Assembly: GCA_001792215.1 (NCBI GenBank)
Contig: MGGC01000038.1
Location: 73,761 to 115,984, forward strand
Length of the DNA: 42,224 bases
Source: Candidatus Woesebacteria bacterium RIFCSPHIGHO2_01_FULL_38_10
GTDB taxonomy: Bacteria > Patescibacteriota > Microgenomatia > UBA8517
Reading direction: 5' to 3'
Under the pieces are notes generated by a model that ran no database searches, had not been told where the DNA came from, and saw only the letters and a program-made list of their open reading frames with translations. Position numbers and translations under genes: made by a program. This document shows, in pieces, positions 1 to 8,918 of this stretch (within the stretch, counting starts at the first letter, position 1; the number at the start of each line of letters is the position of its first letter).

Positions 1-19
1 CAAGATAAGTAATATCCAT
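1..19 (-). CDS. 5' end of a gene running off the window; MDITYL(G) fits an MBL-fold metallo-hydrolase start
   Basis: Minus strand reads ATG GAT ATT ACT TAT CTT G from 19. Only six codons are visible. Confidence 0.35.
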
Positions 20-115
20 TTGGGACATCCTAGCAAAGACCGGCCAACTTGACAAGATCCGGCTTTTATATATACTGAATGTTTACAAAACCTCTGCCTT
101 GATTAAAATCTTCAT

Positions 116-1219
116 ATGCGCAAAGAAATAATTTTTGCTGTCGCTATCGGAATCCTTTTCGGAACGGCCATTGCTTTTGGAGTCTGGCGGGCAAATAAGG
201 CAATTAAAATAAATCAAAAAGAAGAAAGCTTTACCCAAAACGTAACTCAAGAAAAACCTGAACCGGAAAAAGAATTTAAGATCAGTTTACTTACCCCAGA
301 AGAAAATGACGTAATAACCGACTCCCCAGTCAAAATCTTAGGTTTAACAAAGGAAAACGCTTGGATGGCAATATCTGCTGAGGAAAAGGACTATATCCTA
401 CTTTCAAATGAAAAAGGAGAATTTGAACAAGAAGTTGGTCTTGTGGGAGGAATCAATCAAATAATTATTTTTGCTTTTAGCGAGCAGGGTTTATCAATTA
501 GTAAAAACTTAACCTTAGTTTACTCGACTGAAATTTTAGAAAAGGAGGATAAAACCTCCCCAGGCGGATCAACAGGGCTTTTTATTCTTAAGAATTCATC
601 CAAAATCCTGGCTCAGGAAAAAGCAACCGGAGAAGCTGATAGAGTTCAAGAAAAGGTAAAAGAAAGGCTCGATCAGACCAAAAATAAACTTAAAGCTTAT
701 ATTGGAACAGTCACCGATATCAGTAATAAAACGATACAATTAAAAAACAAAAACGATGAAATCCAACTTATATCTTTTAGTGGAGAAACAACTTTAGTCA
801 AAATTGATAAAACCTCGCAAAACATAAAAATAGATGATCTGTCTATCGCTGATTTTATTGTGGCAATGGGATACGTGGGAGAAAATCAAACACTTGAGGC
901 TGAAAGAATTTTATCTCTCAAACCCCCGGCAAGTCCAGGAAGAAACGCGGTTTTCGGCTTCGTAGAAAACGTAAGCAAAAACCAAATTAGCCTAAAAGAT
1001 CAAAATAACAATGAATATACTTTTGTTTTCGATTCCAAAACGCAAGTAACTCTTCAAAAAGAGGGTGAAATTATCAAATCAAAAAATTCAGAAATCGAAA
1101 AGGGCGATAATCTAATAATAATGTTTAGAAAAGATGAAGAAAGATTACTTGCAAGAAGAATTCACATTGTCTCCCAATTAACTCCCTCGCCCACCCCAGC
1201 AGATTCTGAAAAAGAATAA
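116..1219 (+). CDS. Membrane-anchored exported protein with an Ig-like part and two DUF5666-like beta repeats
   Basis: N-terminal TM helix; two GxVxxIS...T.v.......L.vgD.I repeats; Pro/Thr tail. Confidence 0.75.
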   Translation: MRKEIIFAVAIGILFGTAIAFGVWRANKAIKINQKEESFTQNVTQEKPEPEKEFKISLLTPEENDVITDSPVKILGLTKENAWMAISAEEKDYILLSNEKGEFEQEVGLVGGINQIIIFAFSEQGLSISKNLTLVYSTEILEKEDKTSPGGSTGLFILKNSSKILAQEKATGEADRVQEKVKERLDQTKNKLKAYIGTVTDISNKTIQLKNKNDEIQLISFSGETTLVKIDKTSQNIKIDDLSIADFIVAMGYVGENQTLEAERILSLKPPASPGRNAVFGFVENVSKNQISLKDQNNNEYTFVFDSKTQVTLQKEGEIIKSKNSEIEKGDNLIIMFRKDEERLLARRIHIVSQLTPSPTPADSEKE

Positions 1220-1230
1220 ACTTATTGTAA

Positions 1231-1260
1231 TTGACACGATTAGTCGAAAATTGATATACT
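1231..1260 (+). promoter_or_regulatory. Sigma70 promoter of the leader/operon
   Basis: TTGACA(1231-1236)-18 bp-TATACT(1255-1260) with extended TG. Confidence 0.75.
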
Positions 1261-1272
1261 CATCCTAATATT

Positions 1273-1365
1273 ATGCAAAACAGAAGCTTTTCCCAAAAAG
1301 TCTGGCATAGGCGCCATTCTATAACCTCTCCTGGGGAGGAAGCTTTTACTGTGGAAAAAACTTAA
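1273..1365 (+). CDS. Putative 30-aa leader peptide MQNRSFSQKVWHRRHSITSPGEEAFTVEKT
   Basis: ATG 12 nt after the -10 box, stop TAA at 1363-1365, directly upstream of a terminator. Not in the ORF track. Confidence 0.55.
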   Translation: MQNRSFSQKVWHRRHSITSPGEEAFTVEKT

Positions 1366-1391
1366 ATTAATATAACTTTTATTATCAGGGC

Positions 1392-1417
1392 AACCTCCCC
1401 CAAAGGGAGGTTTTTTT
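1392..1417 (+). terminator. Intrinsic terminator/attenuator hairpin in the 5' leader
   Basis: AACCTCCC-CCAAA-GGGAGGTT plus a T run, ending 7 nt before the ATG at 1425. Confidence 0.8.
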
Positions 1418-1424
1418 ATTTTAT

Positions 1425-2678
1425 ATGGAAAGAGTCAAAATAGAAAAAACTGAGAAAAACTTTGCCACTGATTTACGTCAACTAGTGACCGATCTTGGTT
1501 TAGGAAATCAGGTGGGAATAGACTCCAAACCTTGCAGGTCGGGAGGAATTCGGATTATCTTTGCCGGAAAAAGAGAAATAAGCGCGGCTTGGGGCTCAGG
1601 CTTGGATCAAATAGAAAATGCTAAGTATTCCCTTTTAATTAAACTTATCGCCAGAAGTTTAGCTTGTGGAGAAAGATCGGTATCTTCCGGAGATCTTCTG
1701 GAAAAAGAAAGTTTCAGAGATGCTTGTGTTACTGAAGTTCAATTAAGTGAACCTTCTAAAGGGAATGAATTTTTATCATCTTTAACCGAAGTCGACGATG
1801 CAAGAATACCCTTTTTTTACGGATCAACCGACGGTTTAAACTTTGCAGAACTTCTAGAAACTGTTCTTACTGCTCGATACTTAGAGTCTAGAGGATTGGA
1901 TGCAACTGTTATTTTTGATACAGCAGGAAATGACTCTAAACGATCACGGCAGATGCTCTCAGAAAGCATTAGTGTTCTTCCTTATGAATTACGCCAAGAA
2001 TTTTTTAATTTTTTAAAAACTATTGGAGATACTTTGCAGGAACAAAGAATAAGCGCGGCAAAGGGTCTCTTGCCTAACACGAATCTTAGAATTTTACCTG
2101 CTGAACAGATATTTGACGCCCTGGGAAAAAAACTTACAGTTGGAAAACTCGCAGTTCTTGCCAAAATAGCCGGAGAGGATCCTCAACTCTTCCAAGGCGT
2201 GAGGGTATCTGAGCTATTAGCAAGCACTAATCAATCGAGAGAGGGTTTGCAACTACTTAAAACACTTGTCTCTGAAACTGGTTTGCAGCCTGCAGGTTTT
2301 ACCTACTACGCTAGAGATGCCGTGATCGCGGCCGAATTTCGCGGCATAGTTGGCTTTCCTTTTAAATTGACCGATCACGCAAACATTTACAAGATACTAG
2401 ATGGCTACTCTGCTCTCTATTCTCCATCAAAGGGAAGTGGGGCAATTCTTTGTCCTATCCAAAGACAAAGAATTCAAACCAGAAGTCAATCTCAAGAAGG
2501 GGCAGATCCTTTTGATGTAACTGCTTTATTTTTTTTATCCCAAAAGTTTCCGGAAGAATTTCACTTACTTATAGAAGACTTTACCCTGTCTACACGTATT
2601 CTTACACCGACAGAAGCAATTGGTATTGGTAATAAAGATAAGCGTTTTATCATTGAGGATTATTTTTTTAGAAGCTAA
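1425..2678 (+). CDS. Hypothetical protein, possible degenerate class I aaRS/CDPS-like Rossmann fold
   Basis: 417-aa ORF. FFYGSTDGLNFAEL...YLESRGLDATVIFD loosely resembles the HIGH region of Tyr/TrpRS. The fold call is weak. Confidence 0.7.
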   Translation: MERVKIEKTEKNFATDLRQLVTDLGLGNQVGIDSKPCRSGGIRIIFAGKREISAAWGSGLDQIENAKYSLLIKLIARSLACGERSVSSGDLLEKESFRDACVTEVQLSEPSKGNEFLSSLTEVDDARIPFFYGSTDGLNFAELLETVLTARYLESRGLDATVIFDTAGNDSKRSRQMLSESISVLPYELRQEFFNFLKTIGDTLQEQRISAAKGLLPNTNLRILPAEQIFDALGKKLTVGKLAVLAKIAGEDPQLFQGVRVSELLASTNQSREGLQLLKTLVSETGLQPAGFTYYARDAVIAAEFRGIVGFPFKLTDHANIYKILDGYSALYSPSKGSGAILCPIQRQRIQTRSQSQEGADPFDVTALFFLSQKFPEEFHLLIEDFTLSTRILTPTEAIGIGNKDKRFIIEDYFFRS

Positions 2679-2680
2679 AT

Positions 2681-3388
2681 ATGAAAAAGAAAAATCTTTT
2701 AATTATTTCTGCTCATGCTGATGACAATGTAAGTTGTGCCGGCACTGTGTTTAAACTGAGCCAAGAGTTCGGTTTCACTGCCTATGAGGCAGTTCTCACC
2801 AATTCTCAACTCGGACAAAGTTTCAAAAACAAAAAAGAAAAAAAGAAAAATTTGGTTGCGAGAGTAAGATTTAAAGAACTGAAAATAGCCTCAAAATACT
2901 TGGGAATCAAAAAAACATTCCAGTTTGGTAAACCCGACCTTAGTCTTGAATACAGCCAAGAAATTACTTTTAAGTTGGCAAAAATAATAAGAAAAGTTAA
3001 ACCCGAGGTTATCTTTCTACACAACCCCTACGACGCACATCCTGATCATAAAACTTCCTATAAAATTGGCCTAGATTCAATAAAAATTGCAGCTATGGGA
3101 GTTGAAAAAGAAAAGCTTGGAACTCCCTATAGGGTGCCAATTGTCCTTTGTAGTGAAGGGATGTTGCCTGTTAAAACTCAAATTCTGGTTGACATAACTA
3201 AGTATCAAAAAAAGAAAGAAAGACTTTTTAAGCTTTACTCTTCTCAGGCAAGTCCCAAGGCACTGAAGTTTGAAAAGGGTCTTTCTATGGTCAGAGGGTA
3301 TCAGCTGAAAAAAGATAAATCATTTTATGCCGAGGCTTTTACTTTACAGGAAGAGTTTCCAATCCTTTTCTTTGAAGAAAATGAATAA
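2681..3388 (+). CDS. PIG-L/LmbE family de-N-acetylase
   Basis: ISAHADD (HxDD), RxxE, HPDH and YxSQ motifs. Confidence 0.9.
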   Translation: MKKKNLLIISAHADDNVSCAGTVFKLSQEFGFTAYEAVLTNSQLGQSFKNKKEKKKNLVARVRFKELKIASKYLGIKKTFQFGKPDLSLEYSQEITFKLAKIIRKVKPEVIFLHNPYDAHPDHKTSYKIGLDSIKIAAMGVEKEKLGTPYRVPIVLCSEGMLPVKTQILVDITKYQKKKERLFKLYSSQASPKALKFEKGLSMVRGYQLKKDKSFYAEAFTLQEEFPILFFEENE

Positions 3389-4148
3389 GGTTTTTTTTGA
3401 CCAAAAAAGAAAAGTTTTTATTAAAGTACTGAAAGACTCTTTTAAAAAAGAGAGAGAAATTATTGGGGCAAATTGTTTCCAAAATTTTGTCAACGTACCG
3501 CTGTACGAACCCCTGGACAAAAAAACCTTAAAGATAATACCTGCAAAAGGAGTTAAATCCACCTTAGTTGATGAGCAAATTCTCAATTCTCTCATTATCA
3601 ACCTATCTACTTTAATTAAAAAAAGCAAATTTAAAGTAAATCCAAATTTCTCAATCTTGAAAGAAATAGAGGCGATTAAATTGGTTTTAAGAAATAAACC
3701 TGCAATTACTGATTGGTTAACTTCTCTCCAACTTTCTTTGGGTAGGAAAAATCTTTATCCGGTGCACGGAGATTTACAAAAACAAAACATCTTTGTAGCC
3801 AATAACAAAATCTCACTAATTGATTTTGAGCATTTCAGCTTCGCTCCGCTGGAACTGGAATTTGCTAATAATCTTTTTTTCAATAGCCCAAACTGCCTGG
3901 ATGTTGGAAAGATTATTCCTCCCCTTATCAAGAGAAAAATCGTCAGCAAGGATTTACTTACTCGTATGCTAGTTTTATACTCAATTAGGAAACTCGCAAA
4001 AGGATTAAAGGTAAAAGAGGTTGAAAAAAGACTTTCGCAAGGATTAGAGAAAATAGAAACGATTGTGGGAAAAGATCTTTCCCTTAGACTGCTTGATTTC
4101 AGAAGCGTTAAAAAGATTGACTGGACAGGGAGTTCGTGTCTTGCCTGA
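3381..4148 (+). CDS. Aminoglycoside phosphotransferase/choline kinase-like protein
   Basis: HGDLQKQNI and LIDFE motifs. Start moved to ATG 3381, which overlaps the upstream stop (ATGAATAA). Confidence 0.85.
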   Translation: MNKVFFDQKRKVFIKVLKDSFKKEREIIGANCFQNFVNVPLYEPLDKKTLKIIPAKGVKSTLVDEQILNSLIINLSTLIKKSKFKVNPNFSILKEIEAIKLVLRNKPAITDWLTSLQLSLGRKNLYPVHGDLQKQNIFVANNKISLIDFEHFSFAPLELEFANNLFFNSPNCLDVGKIIPPLIKRKIVSKDLLTRMLVLYSIRKLAKGLKVKEVEKRLSQGLEKIETIVGKDLSLRLLDFRSVKKIDWTGSSCLA

Positions 4149-4165
4149 ACTTTTAAACTGAACAT

Positions 4166-5416
4166 ATGAATAAACAAAAACTTCAAACTCTCAAAGGTTT
4201 TAGGGATTTTTTGCCGGCTGATGCCAAAAAACGTCAATTTACAATTGAAACTATTAAGCAAACTTTTGAGCTTTTCGGATTTGAGCCTTTGGAAACTCCA
4301 GCACTGGAATACCAGGAGGTTCTTCTGGGAAAATATGGTGAGGAAGCTGACAAGCTTGTCTATACATTCAAAGATAAAGGTAGAAGAGAAGTCGCACTGC
4401 GTTACGATCAGACCGTACCAACAGCTCGGGTCTTAGCTACCTATCAACAAAGATTAGCCATGCCTTTTCGTCGCTACCAAACTCAACCTGTATGGCGAGC
4501 TGAAAGACCCCAAAAAGGAAGGTTCAGAGAAATTCTTCAGTGTGACGCTGATATTTACGGATCAGCCTCTCCCCTTGCTGACACGGAAATTATTTCTTTA
4601 GCAAACTCAGTTTTCAAAAACTTAGGCTTTCAAAACTTTAGTATTTTTATCAATGACCGTAAAATACTTTTTGAACTGATGAACTACTCCTCAATCCCTG
4701 AAAACCTTCATCTTCAGGTAATTAGCGAAATTGACAAACTGGACAGAAAGGATAAAGAAGAAGTCACAATTGAGCTTACCAATTTGGGACTCTCTCAGAA
4801 AACTATAAATCATCTTTTCCAACACTTGGAGACATCCAAGCCGACCGAGAACATTGAGAAAATTACCGAATATGCCAAACTCATGGGTGTTGAAAAGGAT
4901 AAATTAAAGTTCCAGGCTCGACTTGCCCGAGGGCTGGATTATTACACCAGCACGATATTTGAAATAAAAATTGACGAGTACAAAGGCGGCTCAGTTGCCG
5001 GTGGAGGAAGGTACGACAACTTAATTGAAAAACTCTCCGGAAATTCAATCCCGGCTGTGGGAATTGCCTTTGGTATCGATAGGATCATTGAAGCAATGCA
5101 GGAAATTAAGCTTTTTTCCCAAGAAGAAAAAAGGCTTGGCTCTCTAATTACAATTTTTAACCCAGAGCTTATTCCAAGATCCTTGCGGGTGGCAAGAATC
5201 CTAAGACAAGCAAAAATTCCTTGTGAAATCTTCGTCGACCAGACTAAAGACCTTAAAAAACAACTAAAGTACGCCGATAAAAAGGGAATTAAATGGTTGA
5301 TTGTCATCGGTCCTGATGAGGCTAAAAATGCTTCAGTAATTTTAAAGGACTTAGAGACAGGATACCAGGAAAGCATTAAATTAAATGATTTAATAAGATA
5401 TTTATTAAAAAGATAA
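4166..5416 (+). CDS. hisS: Histidine--tRNA ligase
   Basis: KGFRDFLP, LRYDQTVP, RAERPQKGRFRE, RGLDYYT, GGGRYD; C-terminal anticodon-binding domain. Confidence 0.97.
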   Translation: MNKQKLQTLKGFRDFLPADAKKRQFTIETIKQTFELFGFEPLETPALEYQEVLLGKYGEEADKLVYTFKDKGRREVALRYDQTVPTARVLATYQQRLAMPFRRYQTQPVWRAERPQKGRFREILQCDADIYGSASPLADTEIISLANSVFKNLGFQNFSIFINDRKILFELMNYSSIPENLHLQVISEIDKLDRKDKEEVTIELTNLGLSQKTINHLFQHLETSKPTENIEKITEYAKLMGVEKDKLKFQARLARGLDYYTSTIFEIKIDEYKGGSVAGGGRYDNLIEKLSGNSIPAVGIAFGIDRIIEAMQEIKLFSQEEKRLGSLITIFNPELIPRSLRVARILRQAKIPCEIFVDQTKDLKKQLKYADKKGIKWLIVIGPDEAKNASVILKDLETGYQESIKLNDLIRYLLKR

Positions 5417-5493
5417 ACTACTTCGACCTAAAGTCCATTTGCAAGTATTCTCCTGCTTGAATCTTTATAGCACCGACCTATATCATTTAATTC

Positions 5494-6396
5494 ATGAGCT
5501 CATATCGCCTGCGCGCCTATTTTTATTTAATCATTATTTCGATTATCTGGGGGGCAGCTGGCCCGATTATTAAATTTACCCTGGGCGGAATTGACCCTCT
5601 TCCCTTCCTTTCTTACAGATTGGCAATTGCCAGTTTATTTTCTTTGGCCTTTTTCTTTGCCAAAGGAGTTAGGCTTCCCAAATCAAAATCAAGTCTGCTT
5701 TTGCTTTTTTTGTATGGATTTTTGGCTGTTCCGCTTGCTCTGGGGATCCTTTTTATCGGTCTTTCCAGCGCAACTGTTCTGGATCTTACTTTAATTAGTG
5801 CTATTGGTCCAATGGTTGTAACTTTAGGAGCCGGCTTTCTTCTGCACGAACACATCACAAAAAAGGAAAGATTGGGAATCGTAGTTGTCCTTATCGGAGT
5901 ATTTTTAAATATCTTCTATCCCCTATTGGCAAATGGTCAATCCCATTTTACAGGAAATTTATTTCTTTTAGCTTTCCTCTTCGCTGATTCAAGCTCAGCT
6001 CTGCTTGCCAAATTTGCAGTTCGTAAAAAAATCAACTCAATTACCCTAACCAACAGCGCATTTCTTATAGGAGCCGTATTTTTAATACCAATAACCTCCC
6101 AAAAATACGGATTTGCTAACCTTGTATCTACAATCATAAATTTACCGCTCAGGTACCACTTGGGTGTTTGGTATATGGCTTTAATTTCAGGCAGTCTGGC
6201 TTACTATCTTTATGTTAAAGCTCAACGATCAATTGAGGTTTCTGAAGCCATACTATTTAATTATCTTCAACCGGTCTTTTCGATTCCCCTAGCACTATTT
6301 TGGCTGGGAGAAAAAATTACTCCGGCATTTCTTCTAGGAGCACTAATTATTGCATTAGGAGTGATAATCGCTGAATACAAAAAGGCTTATAAGTAG
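5494..6396 (+). CDS. EamA/DMT family transporter
   Basis: About 10 TM helices in two repeats; IWG, LLHE and LGE motifs. Confidence 0.92.
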   Translation: MSSYRLRAYFYLIIISIIWGAAGPIIKFTLGGIDPLPFLSYRLAIASLFSLAFFFAKGVRLPKSKSSLLLLFLYGFLAVPLALGILFIGLSSATVLDLTLISAIGPMVVTLGAGFLLHEHITKKERLGIVVVLIGVFLNIFYPLLANGQSHFTGNLFLLAFLFADSSSALLAKFAVRKKINSITLTNSAFLIGAVFLIPITSQKYGFANLVSTIINLPLRYHLGVWYMALISGSLAYYLYVKAQRSIEVSEAILFNYLQPVFSIPLALFWLGEKITPAFLLGALIIALGVIIAEYKKAYK

Positions 6397-6508
6397 TAAT
6401 TCTTTCTGTTCAAATTAATTATTCTAATCAAAGAAGTGTTTTCTGTTTAATCTATGTCCTGCATTAAAAACACATCTTCCCCCAAGCCGTAATTGTCTCA
6501 TTTCATCA

Positions 6509-6775
6509 TCATAAGGCACAATATTGGGGCATCTTCAAAAGTCTATCGTCAGACCCTTTCTTGTTAAGATGAAGGGCTTGTACTTCGCCTCTAATAGGAT
6601 GTTGATTAACTTGACCGTCATTTCCTAAATAAGGATAGGTTACATTCTCATCCGACCAACAAGAAACTATCACCCAACCAGAAAGAAAAGTCCCTTCTTT
6701 TCTATCATAAGCTTGGGAAGCACAAAACGTAAGCATTTGGCCTTTTTTAACCTTAAATATCTCCGCAATACCCAT
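6509..6775 (-). CDS. Small hypothetical protein (MGIAEIFKVKK...)
   Basis: Internal ATG at 6775 avoids overlap with the rpmE promoter; no family recognised. Confidence 0.4.
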   Translation of the reverse strand: MGIAEIFKVKKGQMLTFCASQAYDRKEGTFLSGWVIVSCWSDENVTYPYLGNDGQVNQHPIRGEVQALHLNKKGSDDRLLKMPQYCAL

Positions 6776-6845
6776 TAAAGTTACTTCTCTAAAACCAATG
6801 TTATTGTAGCAAATAAAAGTTAATTTTGCTATAATTCTATTTATT

Positions 6846-7184
6846 ATGAAAGCCAAAATTCATCCCAGGACTTACTTTAATGCAAAAGTTAGCTGCGCCT
6901 GTGGCAACATTTTTACAACTGCATCCACACTTCAACAAATTACTGTTGAGGTCTGTAGCGCCTGCCATCCTTTTTATACCGGACAGATGAAATATGTGGA
7001 TACAGCTGGACGAGTCACCGCATTTAAACAAAGAAAGGCTAAAGCCCAAAAAAAGGTTATCTCGAAAACTGAAAAAAGAAAACTAAAACACCAGAAGAAA
7101 ATAGAAAAAGAGCTTAAAAAACCAGAAACTTTAGGTGAGCTTCGAAAAAAAGCCAAAGAGAAAAAGAAAAAAAAGGAAAGTTAA
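6846..7184 (+). CDS. rpmE: 50S ribosomal protein L31, Zn-binding type, with Lys-rich C-terminal extension
   Basis: [27 protein letters not shown]. Confidence 0.96.
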   Translation: MKAKIHPRTYFNAKVSCACGNIFTTASTLQQITVEVCSACHPFYTGQMKYVDTAGRVTAFKQRKAKAQKKVISKTEKRKLKHQKKIEKELKKPETLGELRKKAKEKKKKKES

Positions 7185-7196
7185 GTTGAAGTTATC

Positions 7197-7889
7197 GTGT
7201 TACAAAAAGCCTATATCGAAATTAGACCTGCAGCAGGGGGAAATGAAGCCAAAATTTGGGCCGGCGATCTTCTCAGAATGTATATGCGCTTCGCAATAAA
7301 ATCCACTTGGAAAGTAAATCCGATTGATGAAACTGTTCTTATTGTCAAGGGAGAGGGTGCCTTTGATCTTCTTAAAAATGAATCGGGAGTTCACCGAGTC
7401 CAAAGAATTCCTCTGACTGAAAAAAGAGGGCGAATCCACACATCCACAGCAACGGTTGCAGTTTTACCTGAAATAAAAGAGTCGGAAATAACCATCAACC
7501 CCAATGAGTTAGAATGGCAGTTTTATCGGGCTTCAACACAGGGAGGACAAAATGTTCAAAAAGTTTCAACCGCAGTTAGAGTTACCCATAAGCCCACAGG
7601 TACTGCAGTAACAGCCCAAGAAGAACGCTTTCAGGAACAAAACAGAAGAATTGCGCTCGAGCTGCTTCGGGCTAAACTTTGGCAGAAAGAGGAAGAAGAA
7701 AAATTAAAAACTATTGCCAATTACCGTTCAGCTATCGGACGCGGCATGCGAGCTGAAAAAATAAGAACGTATAACTTCCCACAAAATAGGCTCAGTGACC
7801 ACAGATTAACTAAATCCTGGGGTAATTTGGAAATCATAATGAATGGAGCTTTGGAAAAAATTCTTGACGCAACTAAAAAATCAGATTAA
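7197..7889 (+). CDS. prfA: Peptide chain release factor 1, short form lacking domain 1
   Basis: EIRPAAGG, ESGVHRVQRIPLTE (PxT), GGQ, RTYNFPQNR; rpmE-prfA synteny. Confidence 0.85.
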   Translation: MLQKAYIEIRPAAGGNEAKIWAGDLLRMYMRFAIKSTWKVNPIDETVLIVKGEGAFDLLKNESGVHRVQRIPLTEKRGRIHTSTATVAVLPEIKESEITINPNELEWQFYRASTQGGQNVQKVSTAVRVTHKPTGTAVTAQEERFQEQNRRIALELLRAKLWQKEEEEKLKTIANYRSAIGRGMRAEKIRTYNFPQNRLSDHRLTKSWGNLEIIMNGALEKILDATKKSD

Positions 7890-7907
7890 CTAGTATCTAA
7901 ACTCTTC

Positions 7908-8453
7908 ATGTCTTTGTTGGAAAGACAAAAAAGTCGCTGTCCAAAAAATCCGCCTTATTGGAGATTCAATTCTTCTCGAAGAAGATTCCTAAGAACTTTA
8001 GCGATATTTCCAATAATAATCCTGTTTCCTTCCTCCTGTTCCGAACAAAAGCCTATCTATCCTCAGGGAAACAAAGGATTCATTTTTAATAATTGGTTTT
8101 ATGAGGAGCGTTTCTTTGAGGGGTTTGAGATAAAAAAAGTAACCCCGTATGAGCCAGTAGTTTTAATTTCAGAAGATGGCCTCCGCTTCTCAATTGAAAG
8201 CTATGTTTCCTCTGACCTTTTTCAGACGGAAGTTATCGCATCTGAGGGAATTCAGGAAATACCCTGCTGGCCTGAAGGAAAATGGCCACGTCAGAATCCT
8301 CCCCACTCATGTAATCAATGGGCAAAAGATTCTTCAAATGCATCAATAAGGGTAATACTTGAAGAAGACAAACTTTATCTAAGACAGCCAACACGAATAA
8401 TGACTGTCGCCTGGAGGCAGGATGAATGGACGCTTGATGAAAATCAACCATAG
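7908..8453 (+). CDS. Hypothetical exported protein/lipoprotein
   Basis: SRRRFL, a hydrophobic stretch, then PSSC. Confidence 0.6.
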   Translation: MSLLERQKSRCPKNPPYWRFNSSRRRFLRTLAIFPIIILFPSSCSEQKPIYPQGNKGFIFNNWFYEERFFEGFEIKKVTPYEPVVLISEDGLRFSIESYVSSDLFQTEVIASEGIQEIPCWPEGKWPRQNPPHSCNQWAKDSSNASIRVILEEDKLYLRQPTRIMTVAWRQDEWTLDENQP

Positions 8454-8487
8454 AAAAAAACTTGACTCCTTTGCTAAAATATTATTA

Positions 8488-8661
8488 GCCCCGCTAAGGG
8501 TGATTAGGAAAGCTTTTTTCTCATCAAAAATCATACTGGGAGAGCTTTAGTTCCTGATTTCTAAGGAGACTAGCTAAAAACGCTTGTTTCTGATGGAATT
8601 AAGACAGCTCACCCACCTGGAAACATCCGGGAAAAAACTTCATCCGACACCTAAGCGGGGT
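8488..8661 (+). ncRNA. ssrS: 6S RNA-like non-coding RNA
   Basis: Extended -10 TGC-TAAAAT (8472-8480) just upstream. End-to-end pairing gives a rod with a central A-rich bubble, 174 nt. Confidence 0.65.
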
Positions 8662-8723
8662 TTACAATTAAACACCCAAACAATACCCCTTTTAACAAAA
8701 AAATAATTATTATTAAATAAATC

Positions 8724-8918
8724 ATGCTTAGAAATCCTGATACTGAACCTACAACACTGGAAGTCATGAAGAGGGAGGTAGACGTTACCGAGGAAATAAT
8801 CGATGAAAGTATTAATGAGTTCAGGATATTCAGATTGGAAGAAGTTATAATAAGTTATGACAAAATTACTTCCCCTTCCCTTAACAATTTCACCTCCTTT
8901 ATAAATTTTTTGAATTAG
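8724..8918 (+). CDS. Small hypothetical protein or gene remnant
   Basis: 64-aa ORF, acidic, no motif. Confidence 0.3.
   Translation: MLRNPDTEPTTLEVMKREVDVTEEIIDESINEFRIFRLEEVIISYDKITSPSLNNFTSFINFLN

Noticed and set aside
1273-1420. T-box riboswitch before the hisS operon
   Set aside because: No TGGNACC T-box or stem I motifs seen; a leader ORF explains the region better.
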